Position numbers and translations under genes: made by a program
Source: an uncultured delta proteobacterium
GTDB taxonomy: Bacteria; Myxococcota; Myxococcia; Myxococcales; Myxococcaceae
DNA length: 64,000 nucleotides
NCBI GenBank assembly: GCA_963776345.1
Contig: CAVZMH010000016.1
Span: 837,093 to 901,092 of the forward strand
Direction: 5' to 3'
In this document: positions 1 through 8,387 of the stretch, one piece after another
Position numbering within the stretch: position 1 is the first letter of the stretch
How the letters are laid out: every line of letters begins with the position of its first letter
The notes under the pieces: model-generated
Seen by the model: the letters and a program-made list of their open reading frames with translations, nothing else
What the model was told of the DNA's origin: nothing
Database searches by the model: none

Positions 1-23
1 TTCAGATCCCTGAGGCTCAGCAT
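1..23 (-). CDS. N-terminus of a hypothetical protein running off the window edge
   Basis: ATG at 23-21 (MLSLRDL...) preceded by an AGGAG RBS, directly after the previous stop. Confidence 0.5.
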
Positions 24-35
24 GGGGTTCTCCTG

Positions 36-413
36 TCAGGACGGCGAAGCCACGTCGTCGTTGTCGCCGCCGGTGAAGCCGGACACCGCGGCCTCGGCCA
101 TGCCGAACAGCTGGCTCTTCACCACGGGGATCGCCGCCAGCCGCACCCCGAGGCCCACCAGCCGGAAGGTGAGCCCACTGAAGAGCCCACCCCCGAGCAC
201 GTAACCCACGCCCAGGGCGGCGGCAACCATCCCGAAGGGGTGACGCTCGACGCGTCCGCGGAGATCGATGGCCTGGCCGAGGTCCTCCAGGGTGTTGCGC
301 GCCTCGTCCAGGAGCTGGTGGGCGCTGTCGTTGAGGTGCCCCACCCGGCCGGCAAAGCCCTGTGGCTGGTGGTGCCCGTTTCCGGAAGGGGGATTCTGGG
401 GAGGGGTGGACAT
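36..413 (-). CDS. Hypothetical membrane-anchored protein
   Basis: C-terminal part of ORF 36..752 from MSTPPQ; hydrophobic segment HPFGMVAAALGVGYVLGGGLF; part of a small-protein cluster. Confidence 0.7.
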   Translation of the reverse strand: MSTPPQNPPSGNGHHQPQGFAGRVGHLNDSAHQLLDEARNTLEDLGQAIDLRGRVERHPFGMVAAALGVGYVLGGGLFSGLTFRLVGLGVRLAAIPVVKSQLFGMAEAAVSGFTGGDNDDVASPS

Positions 414-433
414 GGGGAGCGGGGGCCCGTGGT

Positions 434-628
434 TCAGCGGGAGGCGATTCGCCCGATGACGAATCCCGCGGCCAGGGCGATGGCCAGCGAGGCGATGGGC
501 CGCTCCTTGATGAAGCCGCCCATCTTGTGGCTCAGCGAGTCCAGCTCGCGCCGGGCGTCCTCGAGCTGCGGGCCGACCCGGTTCTGGAGTTCGCGGGCCT
601 TGTCGGACAGCGTGTCGGTGGTGGCCAT
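434..628 (-). CDS. DUF883/ElaB-YqjD-like small tail-anchored protein
   Basis: MATTDTLSDK...; C-terminal IKERPIASLAIALAAGFVIGRIASR. Confidence 0.75.
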   Translation of the reverse strand: MATTDTLSDKARELQNRVGPQLEDARRELDSLSHKMGGFIKERPIASLAIALAAGFVIGRIASR

Positions 629-666
629 CGGTCTCTTCTCCCTGTGGCGGTCCATGGAATCTGGGG

Positions 667-876
667 TCAGCGGCGCCGGATGCCCAGCAACAGCCCGGCG
701 GCGAAGGCGATCCCCAGCGTGAGTCCCGGGCGGCGGGCCACCCAGTGGCCAACGTCCCAGGTGTCGTGCAGCTGGCGTCTCAGGGCGTAGGCGGTGCCGA
801 CCACCTGGCTCCGGGCGCGCTCGATCTCCTCGCGCAGCTCGGCCTCGGTCGGACGGGACCTGTGCTCAAGCGTCAT
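667..876 (-). CDS. DUF3618-like small membrane protein
   Basis: ELREEIERARSQ coiled segment plus C-terminal TM helix and RRR. Confidence 0.65.
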   Translation of the reverse strand: MTLEHRSRPTEAELREEIERARSQVVGTAYALRRQLHDTWDVGHWVARRPGLTLGIAFAAGLLLGIRRR

Positions 877-1303
877 GGCGGGGCTCCAGCGCCGGGCGGC
901 TCGAGCGGGCCGCGGCGAGCGCCTGGGCGGTCCGCTCCAGCTCCAGGACCGAATCGTCCAGGACCGGGCGGCGGAACGCCCGCGCGGCGATGACCACCCC
1001 GACCACTCCGAGGACGATGTTGAGCAGACCGACGACGGCCACGGCGCCGGCGAGCGGCATCCACCGCCCGAGCGCCAGCGCCAGAGCGCCGTTGAGGAAC
1101 CCGTACCCCACCAGCACCAGCGGCGCGAAGGCGGCGATCGACGCCACGCCGATGCCCGCCCTGCGCGCGGACGCGCCGAGCTCCAGCTTGGCCAGCGCGA
1201 CGTGCTGCGCGACGAGGTGGCCCAGGTCGTGGGCGAGCTGCACCAGGAGATTGGTCGCTCCGGGTCGGTCGGCTCGCGTTCTGTCCACGCGGGGGGCGGT
1301 CAC
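866..1303 (-). CDS. Phage-holin-family (YqjE-like) membrane protein
   Basis: LVAQHVALAKLEL motif followed by two TM helices; usual partner of DUF883/DUF3618 genes. Confidence 0.7.
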   Translation of the reverse strand: MTAPRVDRTRADRPGATNLLVQLAHDLGHLVAQHVALAKLELGASARRAGIGVASIAAFAPLVLVGYGFLNGALALALGRWMPLAGAVAVVGLLNIVLGVVGVVIAARAFRRPVLDDSVLELERTAQALAAARSSRPALEPRHDA

Positions 1304-1417
1304 GCGCAGACGCTACACCCATCGTGCAGAGCGGGGCGAGCGGCCAGGGGCCACCATCGCCTCACGCGGCCGGATGACCCGCCCCGGGATGCTTCCATGA
1401 GCCCGCCTAACGTACTC

Positions 1418-2371
1418 TCAGTGCGCCGGGGCGTTGAGCGCGTGGCGGACGTGGCCGGTCTGCGCGTACTCCACCAGCTGCTCGGCGAGCTGGTTCGCGC
1501 AGGCGAGCTGCCCCTCCTCGGTGGAGGCGCCGAGGTGCGGGGTGCAGAGGAAGTTCTCCAGCGAGAGCAGCGGGTGGTCCGACGGCATCGGCTCGGTGGC
1601 GAAGACGTCCATCGCCGCCCCGGCCAGGGTACCGCCCCGGAGCACGGCCGCCAGCGCCGCCTCGTCCACGATGCCGCCCCGGGCGCAGTTGACGAGGTAG
1701 CTGCCCTTCTTCATCGAGCCGAGCAGCTTGCTCCCCACGAGATTTCGGGTGTTCTCCATCAGCGGCAGGTGGAGCGAAACGATGTCCGCGCGCCGGAACA
1801 GCTCGTCCATGGGGACGATCTGCACCCCCAGCCTCCGCGACGCCTCGACCGGGTGCGGGTCGTAGGCGATGACCGTGGTGCCGAAGGCGATGCACCGCTG
1901 CGCCACCAGCTGTCCGATGCTGCCGAAGCCCACCAGCCCCACCGTCTTCCGGAAGAGCTCGTGCCCCTTGGCGAAGCGCTTCTTCTCCCACTTGCCGGAC
2001 TTGGTGGTGCTGATCGCCGGGACCAGCTGGCGGTGGAGCGCGAGCATCAGCCCCATCGTCAGCTCGGCCACGGCGACCGCGTTCCCGGCCGGGGTGTTCA
2101 TCACCACCACCCCCTTCCGGGTGGCAGCCTCGAGGTCGATGTTGTCCACGCCCACCCCGGCGCGGCCGATGAGCTTCAGCCGCCCCGGGTTCTCGAGCAC
2201 CTCGGCGGTGACCTTGGTCGCGCTGCGGACGGCGAGCGCGTCGTACTCGCCGACGATCGCCTTGAGGTCACCCGGCTTCAGCCCGGTCCTCACGTCCACG
2301 GTCAGGCCGGGCGCCTTCCGCAGCGTCTCCAGCCCTTCCGGCGACAGCTCGTCCGCGACCAGCACCTTCAT
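1418..2371 (-). CDS. serA: D-3-phosphoglycerate dehydrogenase-like D-2-hydroxyacid dehydrogenase (short form, no ACT domain)
   Basis: VRSATKVT, GRAGVGVDNID, GFGSIG, NCARGGIVDE and TPHLGAST motifs. Confidence 0.85.
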   Translation of the reverse strand: MKVLVADELSPEGLETLRKAPGLTVDVRTGLKPGDLKAIVGEYDALAVRSATKVTAEVLENPGRLKLIGRAGVGVDNIDLEAATRKGVVVMNTPAGNAVAVAELTMGLMLALHRQLVPAISTTKSGKWEKKRFAKGHELFRKTVGLVGFGSIGQLVAQRCIAFGTTVIAYDPHPVEASRRLGVQIVPMDELFRRADIVSLHLPLMENTRNLVGSKLLGSMKKGSYLVNCARGGIVDEAALAAVLRGGTLAGAAMDVFATEPMPSDHPLLSLENFLCTPHLGASTEEGQLACANQLAEQLVEYAQTGHVRHALNAPAH

Positions 2372-2440
2372 CGTCGTGCCCTCCCTGGGGCCCCGGGGTG
2401 GGGGGCTGCACTAGCACCCCTCGACGATGCCGTTCCAGCG

Positions 2441-2806
2441 CTAGCGGCGGGTCGTTTGCCAGAGGCCCAGCATGGCGCCCGTCGGATCGATGATCACGCT
2501 GAACTTGCCCATGTCGGAGACCGGCGTGATGTCGACCGCCACCTTCGCCCCCAGCTCCTTCGCCTTCCGGGTGGCCGAGGCGAGGTCGTCGACGTTCACG
2601 TACGCCAGCCAGTGTGAGGGCACGCCCGGCGCCGGGCTGGCCATCATGCCGCCGCCGGTCCCCTCGCCGACCCCGATCATCGTGTAGGTCCCGGAACCGG
2701 GGACCGGTGCGTCCTCGAGCTTCCAGTCGAAGAGCCGGGCGTAGAAGTCCCGGGCCTTCTTGAGGTCGGTGGTCTGCAGCTCCACGTGGACGAACGGATT
2801 GGCCAT
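2441..2806 (-). CDS. VOC/glyoxalase family protein
   Basis: NPFVHVELQTTD...ARDFY..LFDW, WLAYVNVDD, DPTGA. Confidence 0.85.
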   Translation of the reverse strand: MANPFVHVELQTTDLKKARDFYARLFDWKLEDAPVPGSGTYTMIGVGEGTGGGMMASPAPGVPSHWLAYVNVDDLASATRKAKELGAKVAVDITPVSDMGKFSVIIDPTGAMLGLWQTTRR

Positions 2807-2882
2807 GGCGGTTCTCCCTGGCGGGTGGGGTGTCGGATCAGCCTCCTGCGCTCGAGGCCGGTCAAGGGCCGTTGGCTGCTCC

Positions 2883-3932
2883 TCACCCCCGCTTCACGGA
2901 GAGACCGGCTGGCCGGATGGCCAGGGTGATCAGCGAGGCGGCGGTGCAGAACGAGGTGCTGGTGATGCAGTGGTCCCCGCGCCAGGTGCCGTCCTCGCGC
3001 TGGATGCCCGCGAGCCGGGCGCGGATCGACTTGCTCCACCGCGTCCATTCCTCTCCACCCGCCCGGGCGAAGGCCTCGGTCGACAGGAGATACGAGACGT
3101 GCTCCTCGCCCCCGTAGCTGCCGAACCCACGCACGAACGCCTCGTCCGCCAGGTGCGCCCGGGCAGCCTGCGCCGGCGCCTCGGCGAGCTTGCCGGCGCG
3201 CGCTGCCGCGTCGAGCGACCCGGCAGCCTGGTACAGGGCCACCCCGGCGGAGTCGTCGGTGCGGAACGCCTTGCGCTCGCGGTCGTAGCCCCGGAGCATG
3301 TACTCCTCGGAGCGGGCCAGCGCCTGCGGAGCGACCTTCGCCCCCACGTCCTTGGCGACGTACAGCCCGTTGGCGGCGAAGGCGCTGGAGAGCACCGGGG
3401 CCCAGCCGTCCTTGGAGAAGCTGCCGTCCTCGCGCTGCAGCGCCTGGATCTTCGCCACGCACAGGTCGAGCGCGGCGCGGGTCCGCTCCCGCTCCGGCCC
3501 GGCGGGCACTCCGGGGATGGCCTCGCCCAGGAACTGCGAGGCGAGGAAGGTGTCGATGCCGCGGCCCAGCTTGCGCTGCGGCTGCGTGCCCTCGGCCTGG
3601 ATGAAGGCGTTCGGGGCCGGGGCGCGCTCCACGGCGCGGACCACGTAGAGCAGCGCACGGCGGGTGGGCTCGGTGAGCGCCTCGCCCGGCCTCGCCTTGC
3701 CGAGCCGGATCAGCGCGATCCCCGAGAGGCTGGTGGTGGCGACGTCGGCCGGTGCGCCCGCCTCGGGCCCCCAGCCACCGTCCGCGCCCTGCGCCTGGAG
3801 CAGCCAGCGGAGAGGCCGGGGCAGGTCGGGCTCGGCCCGGGCCTCCGGCGCCTGCGGTGCGCGGGGCGGCGGCACGTCGGCCGAGGAGAGCATGGTGAGT
3901 GCGGAGAGGAGCAGCGCGGGAACGTTCGACAT
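2883..3932 (-). CDS. Exported prenyltransferase/squalene-oxidase-repeat (QW repeat) protein
   Basis: Signal peptide; repeats WLLQAQGADGGW, LQREDGSF and IQREDGTW. Confidence 0.75.
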   Translation of the reverse strand: MSNVPALLLSALTMLSSADVPPPRAPQAPEARAEPDLPRPLRWLLQAQGADGGWGPEAGAPADVATTSLSGIALIRLGKARPGEALTEPTRRALLYVVRAVERAPAPNAFIQAEGTQPQRKLGRGIDTFLASQFLGEAIPGVPAGPERERTRAALDLCVAKIQALQREDGSFSKDGWAPVLSSAFAANGLYVAKDVGAKVAPQALARSEEYMLRGYDRERKAFRTDDSAGVALYQAAGSLDAAARAGKLAEAPAQAARAHLADEAFVRGFGSYGGEEHVSYLLSTEAFARAGGEEWTRWSKSIRARLAGIQREDGTWRGDHCITSTSFCTAASLITLAIRPAGLSVKRG

Positions 3933-4063
3933 CGGGGGACTCCGGGGAAAGGGGTTCCGCGGCTCGAACGCACGACCTCGCCCGCCGGATCTGCGCCCGG
4001 GGCGTTCACGCTCGCCTGGCCCATCCCGGGCGGGGTAGCGTCCGCCCCACGGAGGGTGGGTGC

Positions 4064-4516
4064 ATGACGCGGTGGGTCCTCGCGGGCTGCTGGGTACTGG
4101 GGGCGGGGGTGATGGTGGCCGCCCGCGCGCAGCAGCCGGATCGCTCCCCGGACGTCATGCCCGCCGACCGCATCCCCAGCGACGACGAGGCCCGGCTCAC
4201 CGACCGGATGAACCGCCACGGGGTGGATCTGATCGAGCTCACCCACGCGGTGACGGTGCTCGACCGGAAGGCGATCGCCTCGACCGCGGACCGCATCCGG
4301 GCGGACACCGCGCTCACCCTGCGGGTCGACGGAGGCGTGGTGAAGAACACGCGCTTCCAGCAGCTCGACCAGCAGCTCCGCGAGCGGGTGACGGAGCTGG
4401 CCACCGCCGCGCGCCGGTACGACGACGCCGCGCTCGCCCCGGCGTTCGGGCGGACGATGGAGACGTGCGTGCGCTGCCACGTCTCGTACCTCCACCGGGG
4501 CACCAAACCCCGCTGA
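4064..4516 (+). CDS. Cytochrome c'-like monoheme protein
   Basis: Signal peptide from MTRWVL; helical body; C-terminal CVRCH heme motif. Confidence 0.75.
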   Translation: MTRWVLAGCWVLGAGVMVAARAQQPDRSPDVMPADRIPSDDEARLTDRMNRHGVDLIELTHAVTVLDRKAIASTADRIRADTALTLRVDGGVVKNTRFQQLDQQLRERVTELATAARRYDDAALAPAFGRTMETCVRCHVSYLHRGTKPR

Positions 4517-4563
4517 GGCGGGGCTGCCATTCCGGGGCGGATCGCGATAGGTCTCGATGGACC

Positions 4564-5520
4564 GTGCGCAGATCCGCGGCGCTCCTCGCGCTCCTCGTCT
4601 CCTTCGCGGCCGCCGCCGCGCCCTCGCTGGAGCTGTTGCCCTCCCGGGTGAAGCCCGGGGACCCGGTGCTGGTCGTGGTCCGGGGCGTGGACGGCGTCCC
4701 CGAGGGCACGGTGGGCACGCGATCCGCGGCGTTCTACGCCCGCGGCCCCGGGGCGGAGGCGCTGGTGGGCATCCCGGTGGAGCAGGAGCCCGGGATCGTC
4801 GAGGTGCGAGTCACGGCGGGCTCGCTCACACTCGGGGCGCCGCTGGAGGTGCTGCCGCCCGAGTTTCCCGAGCGGAAGCTCAGCGTGGCCAGCCGGTTCG
4901 TGAAGATCCCGGCCTCGGCGCGGGCGCGGATCAAGGCCGACCAGGCCGCATACCAGAAGGCGTGGGCCACGCCGTTCCGCCCCCGCGCCTTCTCCGACAA
5001 CTTCCAGAAGCCGCGGGACTCGCAGATCACCGCCCACTACGGCGACAAGCGCACGCTGAACGGGAAGAAGACCACCCAGCACTACGGGCTCGACCTCGAC
5101 GGCTCGACCGGCGACGAGATCCGCGCGGCGAACGACGGCCGGGTGGTGATGGTCCGCGACTGCTACACCTCGGGGAACACCGTTCTGATCGACCACGGTG
5201 CGGGGCTGATCACCGCGTACTTCCATCTGTCGAGGTTCCTGGTGAAGGCTGGCCAGGAGGTGCGGCGCGGGCAGCTCCTCGGGCTGGTGGGGAAGACCGG
5301 CCGGGTGACCGGTCCGCACCTGCACTTCGGCGCGCACGTCGAGACCCTCTGGGTGAACCCCCAGGCGCTGCTCGCCCTACCCTTCCCGGGCGCGGCCTCG
5401 CCGCCCTCCACCTTTCCTCCGCCCGAGCTCCCCGACGGGGGAACTCCGGAGGGAGCCACGGAGCTCCAGCCTGGTCCCGACGGAAGCGGGCCGGCCCTGC
5501 CCTCGGGACCGGCGCGCTGA
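4564..5520 (+). CDS. M23 family metallopeptidase
   Basis: HYGLD, YFHLS and GRVTGPHLH motifs; signal peptide from GTG 4564. Confidence 0.9.
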   Translation: MRRSAALLALLVSFAAAAAPSLELLPSRVKPGDPVLVVVRGVDGVPEGTVGTRSAAFYARGPGAEALVGIPVEQEPGIVEVRVTAGSLTLGAPLEVLPPEFPERKLSVASRFVKIPASARARIKADQAAYQKAWATPFRPRAFSDNFQKPRDSQITAHYGDKRTLNGKKTTQHYGLDLDGSTGDEIRAANDGRVVMVRDCYTSGNTVLIDHGAGLITAYFHLSRFLVKAGQEVRRGQLLGLVGKTGRVTGPHLHFGAHVETLWVNPQALLALPFPGAASPPSTFPPPELPDGGTPEGATELQPGPDGSGPALPSGPAR

Positions 5521-5544
5521 CCCTGGCCGCAGAGGCGGCAGCGA

Positions 5545-6435
5545 CTACCAGGCCTGGGGAAGACCGAGCGCCTTCCGCGCCTCGTCCGGGCTCATCGGCT
5601 CGCGACCGACGTCGCGGGCCATCCGGACCGCTTTCTCCACCAGGGGTCCGTTGCCCTTCGCCATCTCGGTGCCGGCGGAGTCCAGGTAGAAGTTGTCCTC
5701 GAGCCCGACCCGGACGTTCCCGCCCAGCGCCAGGGCCGCGCCCACCAGCCGCCACTGCGGCCGGCCGATGCCGATGACCTCCCAGGTGTCCTCGCGCCCG
5801 ATGGACCGGGCCATCGTGGCGAGCGTCTCGGCCGAGGGCGGCGCGCCGCCCAGCACCCCGAGGATGAAGCTGTACTGCAGCGGCCGCTTCAGCGCGCCCA
5901 TCTGGAGCAGCGGCTCGGCGTTGGCCACGTGCCCGAGGTCGAAGCACTCCAGCTCCGGCTTCACCCCACCCTCGCGCATCGCATGGGCGGCGAGGAGGAT
6001 GTCCCCGAACGGGTTGGGGAACACCATGTCGAAGACGAATGCCTTCCGGCCGGCGGAGTACTTGGCGTAGTTCATCGACCCCATGTTGAGCGCCGCCATC
6101 TCCGGCCGCGTCTTCCACACGTAGCCCAGCCGCTCGCTCTTCTCCGCCTCGCTCTCGGCGCCCATGTTGAAGCCGCCGGTGGAGAAGTTGACGATGATCG
6201 GCGAGCGCGCCTGCACTTCGCGCTTGATGTCGGCGTAGGTCTCGGCCGACCAGGTGGGGCCTCCGTCGGGCGCGCGGCCGTGGATGTGCACCGCCGCCGC
6301 CCCGGCCTCGTAGGCGCGACGGGCCTCCTCGCCGATCTCCGCCGGGGTGTACGGGAGGTAGGGGCACTGCTCGCGGGTGGCGAGCACGCCGGTGAGCGCG
6401 GCGGTGACGACGACCCTATCTGGTGGCGGTGCCAT
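5545..6435 (-). CDS. 3-keto-5-aminohexanoate cleavage (BKACE/DUF849) family enzyme
   Basis: PYTPAEI, VHIHGR, KPELECFD and RVGLEDN motifs. Confidence 0.9.
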   Translation of the reverse strand: MAPPPDRVVVTAALTGVLATREQCPYLPYTPAEIGEEARRAYEAGAAAVHIHGRAPDGGPTWSAETYADIKREVQARSPIIVNFSTGGFNMGAESEAEKSERLGYVWKTRPEMAALNMGSMNYAKYSAGRKAFVFDMVFPNPFGDILLAAHAMREGGVKPELECFDLGHVANAEPLLQMGALKRPLQYSFILGVLGGAPPSAETLATMARSIGREDTWEVIGIGRPQWRLVGAALALGGNVRVGLEDNFYLDSAGTEMAKGNGPLVEKAVRMARDVGREPMSPDEARKALGLPQAW

Positions 6436-6437
6436 CG

Positions 6438-7217
6438 CTATCGATCCTTCCAGCTGGGCGGGCGGCGCTCGAGGAAGGCCGAGATGCCCTCCGCTGCGTC
6501 CTCCGCCCCGAGGTTCAGCGAGAGCTGTCCGGCGAGGAAGTCCATCGCCTGCGGCAGCGACATGTCGTCGGCGCTCCGGAACGCGGACTTGCCGAGCGCG
6601 AGGATGGCCCGGCTCTTCCCGGCGACGCGGGCCGCGAGCGCGCGGGTGGCCGTGTCCAGCTCGGCGCGCGGCACCACCCGGTTCAGGAGCCCCCAGCGGA
6701 GCGCCTCCTCGGCCTTCAGCCGGTCGCCGGTGAGCAGCAGCTCCAGGGCGCGCTTGCGCCCCACGTGCCGCTGCAGCCAGGCGAGGACCATCATCGGGAA
6801 GAGCCCCACGTCGATCTCCGGCGTCCCGAGCTCGGCCGAGTCGACCGCGACGGCCAGGTCGCAGGCGAGCACCAACCCCAGGCCGCCGCCGAGCGCGTGG
6901 CCGTTCACCCGGGCCACGGTGGGGAGCGGCGAGGCGGCGAGCGCCTCGAGCAGCGCTCCGTAGTTGCGGCGGAGGACGTGGCCGGCGAGAGCCCCTTCCA
7001 CTGGCGCGGCCCCCAGGTCGCCGCCGGCCGAGAACACGCGGTCCCCGGCGCCGGTGAGGACCACGACCCGCACCGCCGGGTCGGCCTCGGCGCGAGCCAG
7101 CGCGGCGCGGAGCGCCTGCACCACCTCGGGCGAGAGCGCGTTGCGCGCCGCCGGGCGGTCGATGGTCAGGAGCGCTTGACCGTCTTCAACCTGGGACCGG
7201 ACCGGTCCTTCTTCCAT
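6438..7217 (-). CDS. Enoyl-CoA hydratase/isomerase family protein
   Basis: DRPAARNAL, FSAGGDL, GHALGGG, PEIDVG and EGISAFLERR. Confidence 0.9.
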   Translation of the reverse strand: MEEGPVRSQVEDGQALLTIDRPAARNALSPEVVQALRAALARAEADPAVRVVVLTGAGDRVFSAGGDLGAAPVEGALAGHVLRRNYGALLEALAASPLPTVARVNGHALGGGLGLVLACDLAVAVDSAELGTPEIDVGLFPMMVLAWLQRHVGRKRALELLLTGDRLKAEEALRWGLLNRVVPRAELDTATRALAARVAGKSRAILALGKSAFRSADDMSLPQAMDFLAGQLSLNLGAEDAAEGISAFLERRPPSWKDR

Positions 7218-7855
7218 CGCGGGTCCTCCGGGACGGCGCGGGCGCCGTCCAGGAACAGGGAGGTGAGCTGCTCCTGGGCGTGCGCCAGCAGCCCCGCCTC
7301 GCGAGGGTCGAGCAGCCCCATCACGAAGCCGGTGAGGCTCATCTCCACCGAGCCGAAGAGCATCGCCGCGCAGAGCGCCGGCTCGAGCCCGGGCCGGAGC
7401 TCGCCGCGGGCGCGGGCCCGCTCGAACATGCGGGTGATCATCCCCAGCACCTCGGCGAACGCGGTGCGCCGGTTGGCCTCGCCGGCGCTGGGGCTGCGGG
7501 CGAACTCCAGCACCAGCACCCGCACGCCGCGCGGGTCGATGCGGTACGCCTCGAACGCCACCTGGGCGATGCGGCGGATCTTCTGCTCCAGCGGCGCGGA
7601 GGCCTCGGCGGCATCGCGGATGCGGGAGATGAAGCCGCCCCACCCGGTCTCGAAGACCAGCTGGAGCAGCTCCTCCTTGTTCCGGAAGTAGTGGTACACG
7701 AGGCCGTAGGCGACGCCGGCCTCCCGCGCCACGTCCGCGATGCGGCAGCCGTGGTAGCCCTTGCGGGCGAACACCTCGACCGCGGCCCGCAGGATGGTCT
7801 TCCGGCGGTCCTGGTCGCGCGCCTCCGCTGCAGTGCTGGCCTTGGTTCCCGCCAC
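7166..7855 (-). CDS. TetR/AcrR family transcriptional regulator
   Basis: ILRAAVEVFARKGY...IADVAREAGVAYGLVYHYFRNKEELL HTH. Confidence 0.92.
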   Translation of the reverse strand: MAGTKASTAAEARDQDRRKTILRAAVEVFARKGYHGCRIADVAREAGVAYGLVYHYFRNKEELLQLVFETGWGGFISRIRDAAEASAPLEQKIRRIAQVAFEAYRIDPRGVRVLVLEFARSPSAGEANRRTAFAEVLGMITRMFERARARGELRPGLEPALCAAMLFGSVEMSLTGFVMGLLDPREAGLLAHAQEQLTSLFLDGARAVPEDPRWKKDRSGPRLKTVKRS

Positions 7856-7870
7856 GCGTCTCGCCCCTCG

Positions 7871-7886
7871 TTGACTCGAAAGTCAG
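7871..7886. promoter_or_regulatory. Putative TetR operator, inverted repeat TGACT-N4-AGTCA
   Basis: ttgactcgaaagtcag just upstream of the TetR start; near-copy at 14291-14306. Confidence 0.55.
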
Positions 7887-7947
7887 CGCCGGACCCTAGG
7901 GGGCCACCGTCCGGGCGGTCAAGCGCGCGTCGAGCCCCGCGACCCGC

Positions 7948-8304
7948 TCAGACCGTGGCGGCCTGGGTGGCGAACATCGCCCGGGCGACGCCGAGCAGCT
8001 TCTCCACGTCCCGGCTGTCCAGGTGACGGGAGCGGACGAACTCGGAGATGGGGCGGAGGAGCTCCTCGCCGTTGGTTCCCAGGGGGGCCGGCTCGACGAA
8101 CAGCTCGGCCAGGCTCACTCCCAGTGCCTCCGCGAGAGAGGCCAGCGTCTCGACGTGCGCCACGCGTTCACCGCGCTCGATCATCGAGAGGAACGACACG
8201 CTGATCTTCGCTCGCTCGGCGAGATCCTCCTGCGTCCAGCGGTCTTGCCGCTGGGTGCGGAGGTCGCGAATTCTTCGACCGATGCGTTTGCCGATGTCAG
8301 ACAC
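7948..8304 (-). CDS. XRE/Cro-C1 helix-turn-helix regulator
   Basis: WTQEDLAERAKISVSFLSMIERG. Confidence 0.9.
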   Translation of the reverse strand: MSDIGKRIGRRIRDLRTQRQDRWTQEDLAERAKISVSFLSMIERGERVAHVETLASLAEALGVSLAELFVEPAPLGTNGEELLRPISEFVRSRHLDSRDVEKLLGVARAMFATQAATV

Positions 8305-8387
8305 GGTGTCCCTCGAAGTCTGAGGACTATGACTCCGAGCAAACCTCCTGCAAAGCCCACCCGTTGTCCAGGGTCACACTCCCAGGG

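Noticed and set aside
2883..3932. Terpene cyclase biosynthetic cluster
   Set aside because: QW repeats only, with a signal peptide, no DxDD motif and no terpene genes nearby
7166..7217. 52-bp overlap of the TetR C-terminus with the enoyl-CoA hydratase as a fifth frameshift
   Set aside because: No better alternative stop is visible; may be a natural read-through tail
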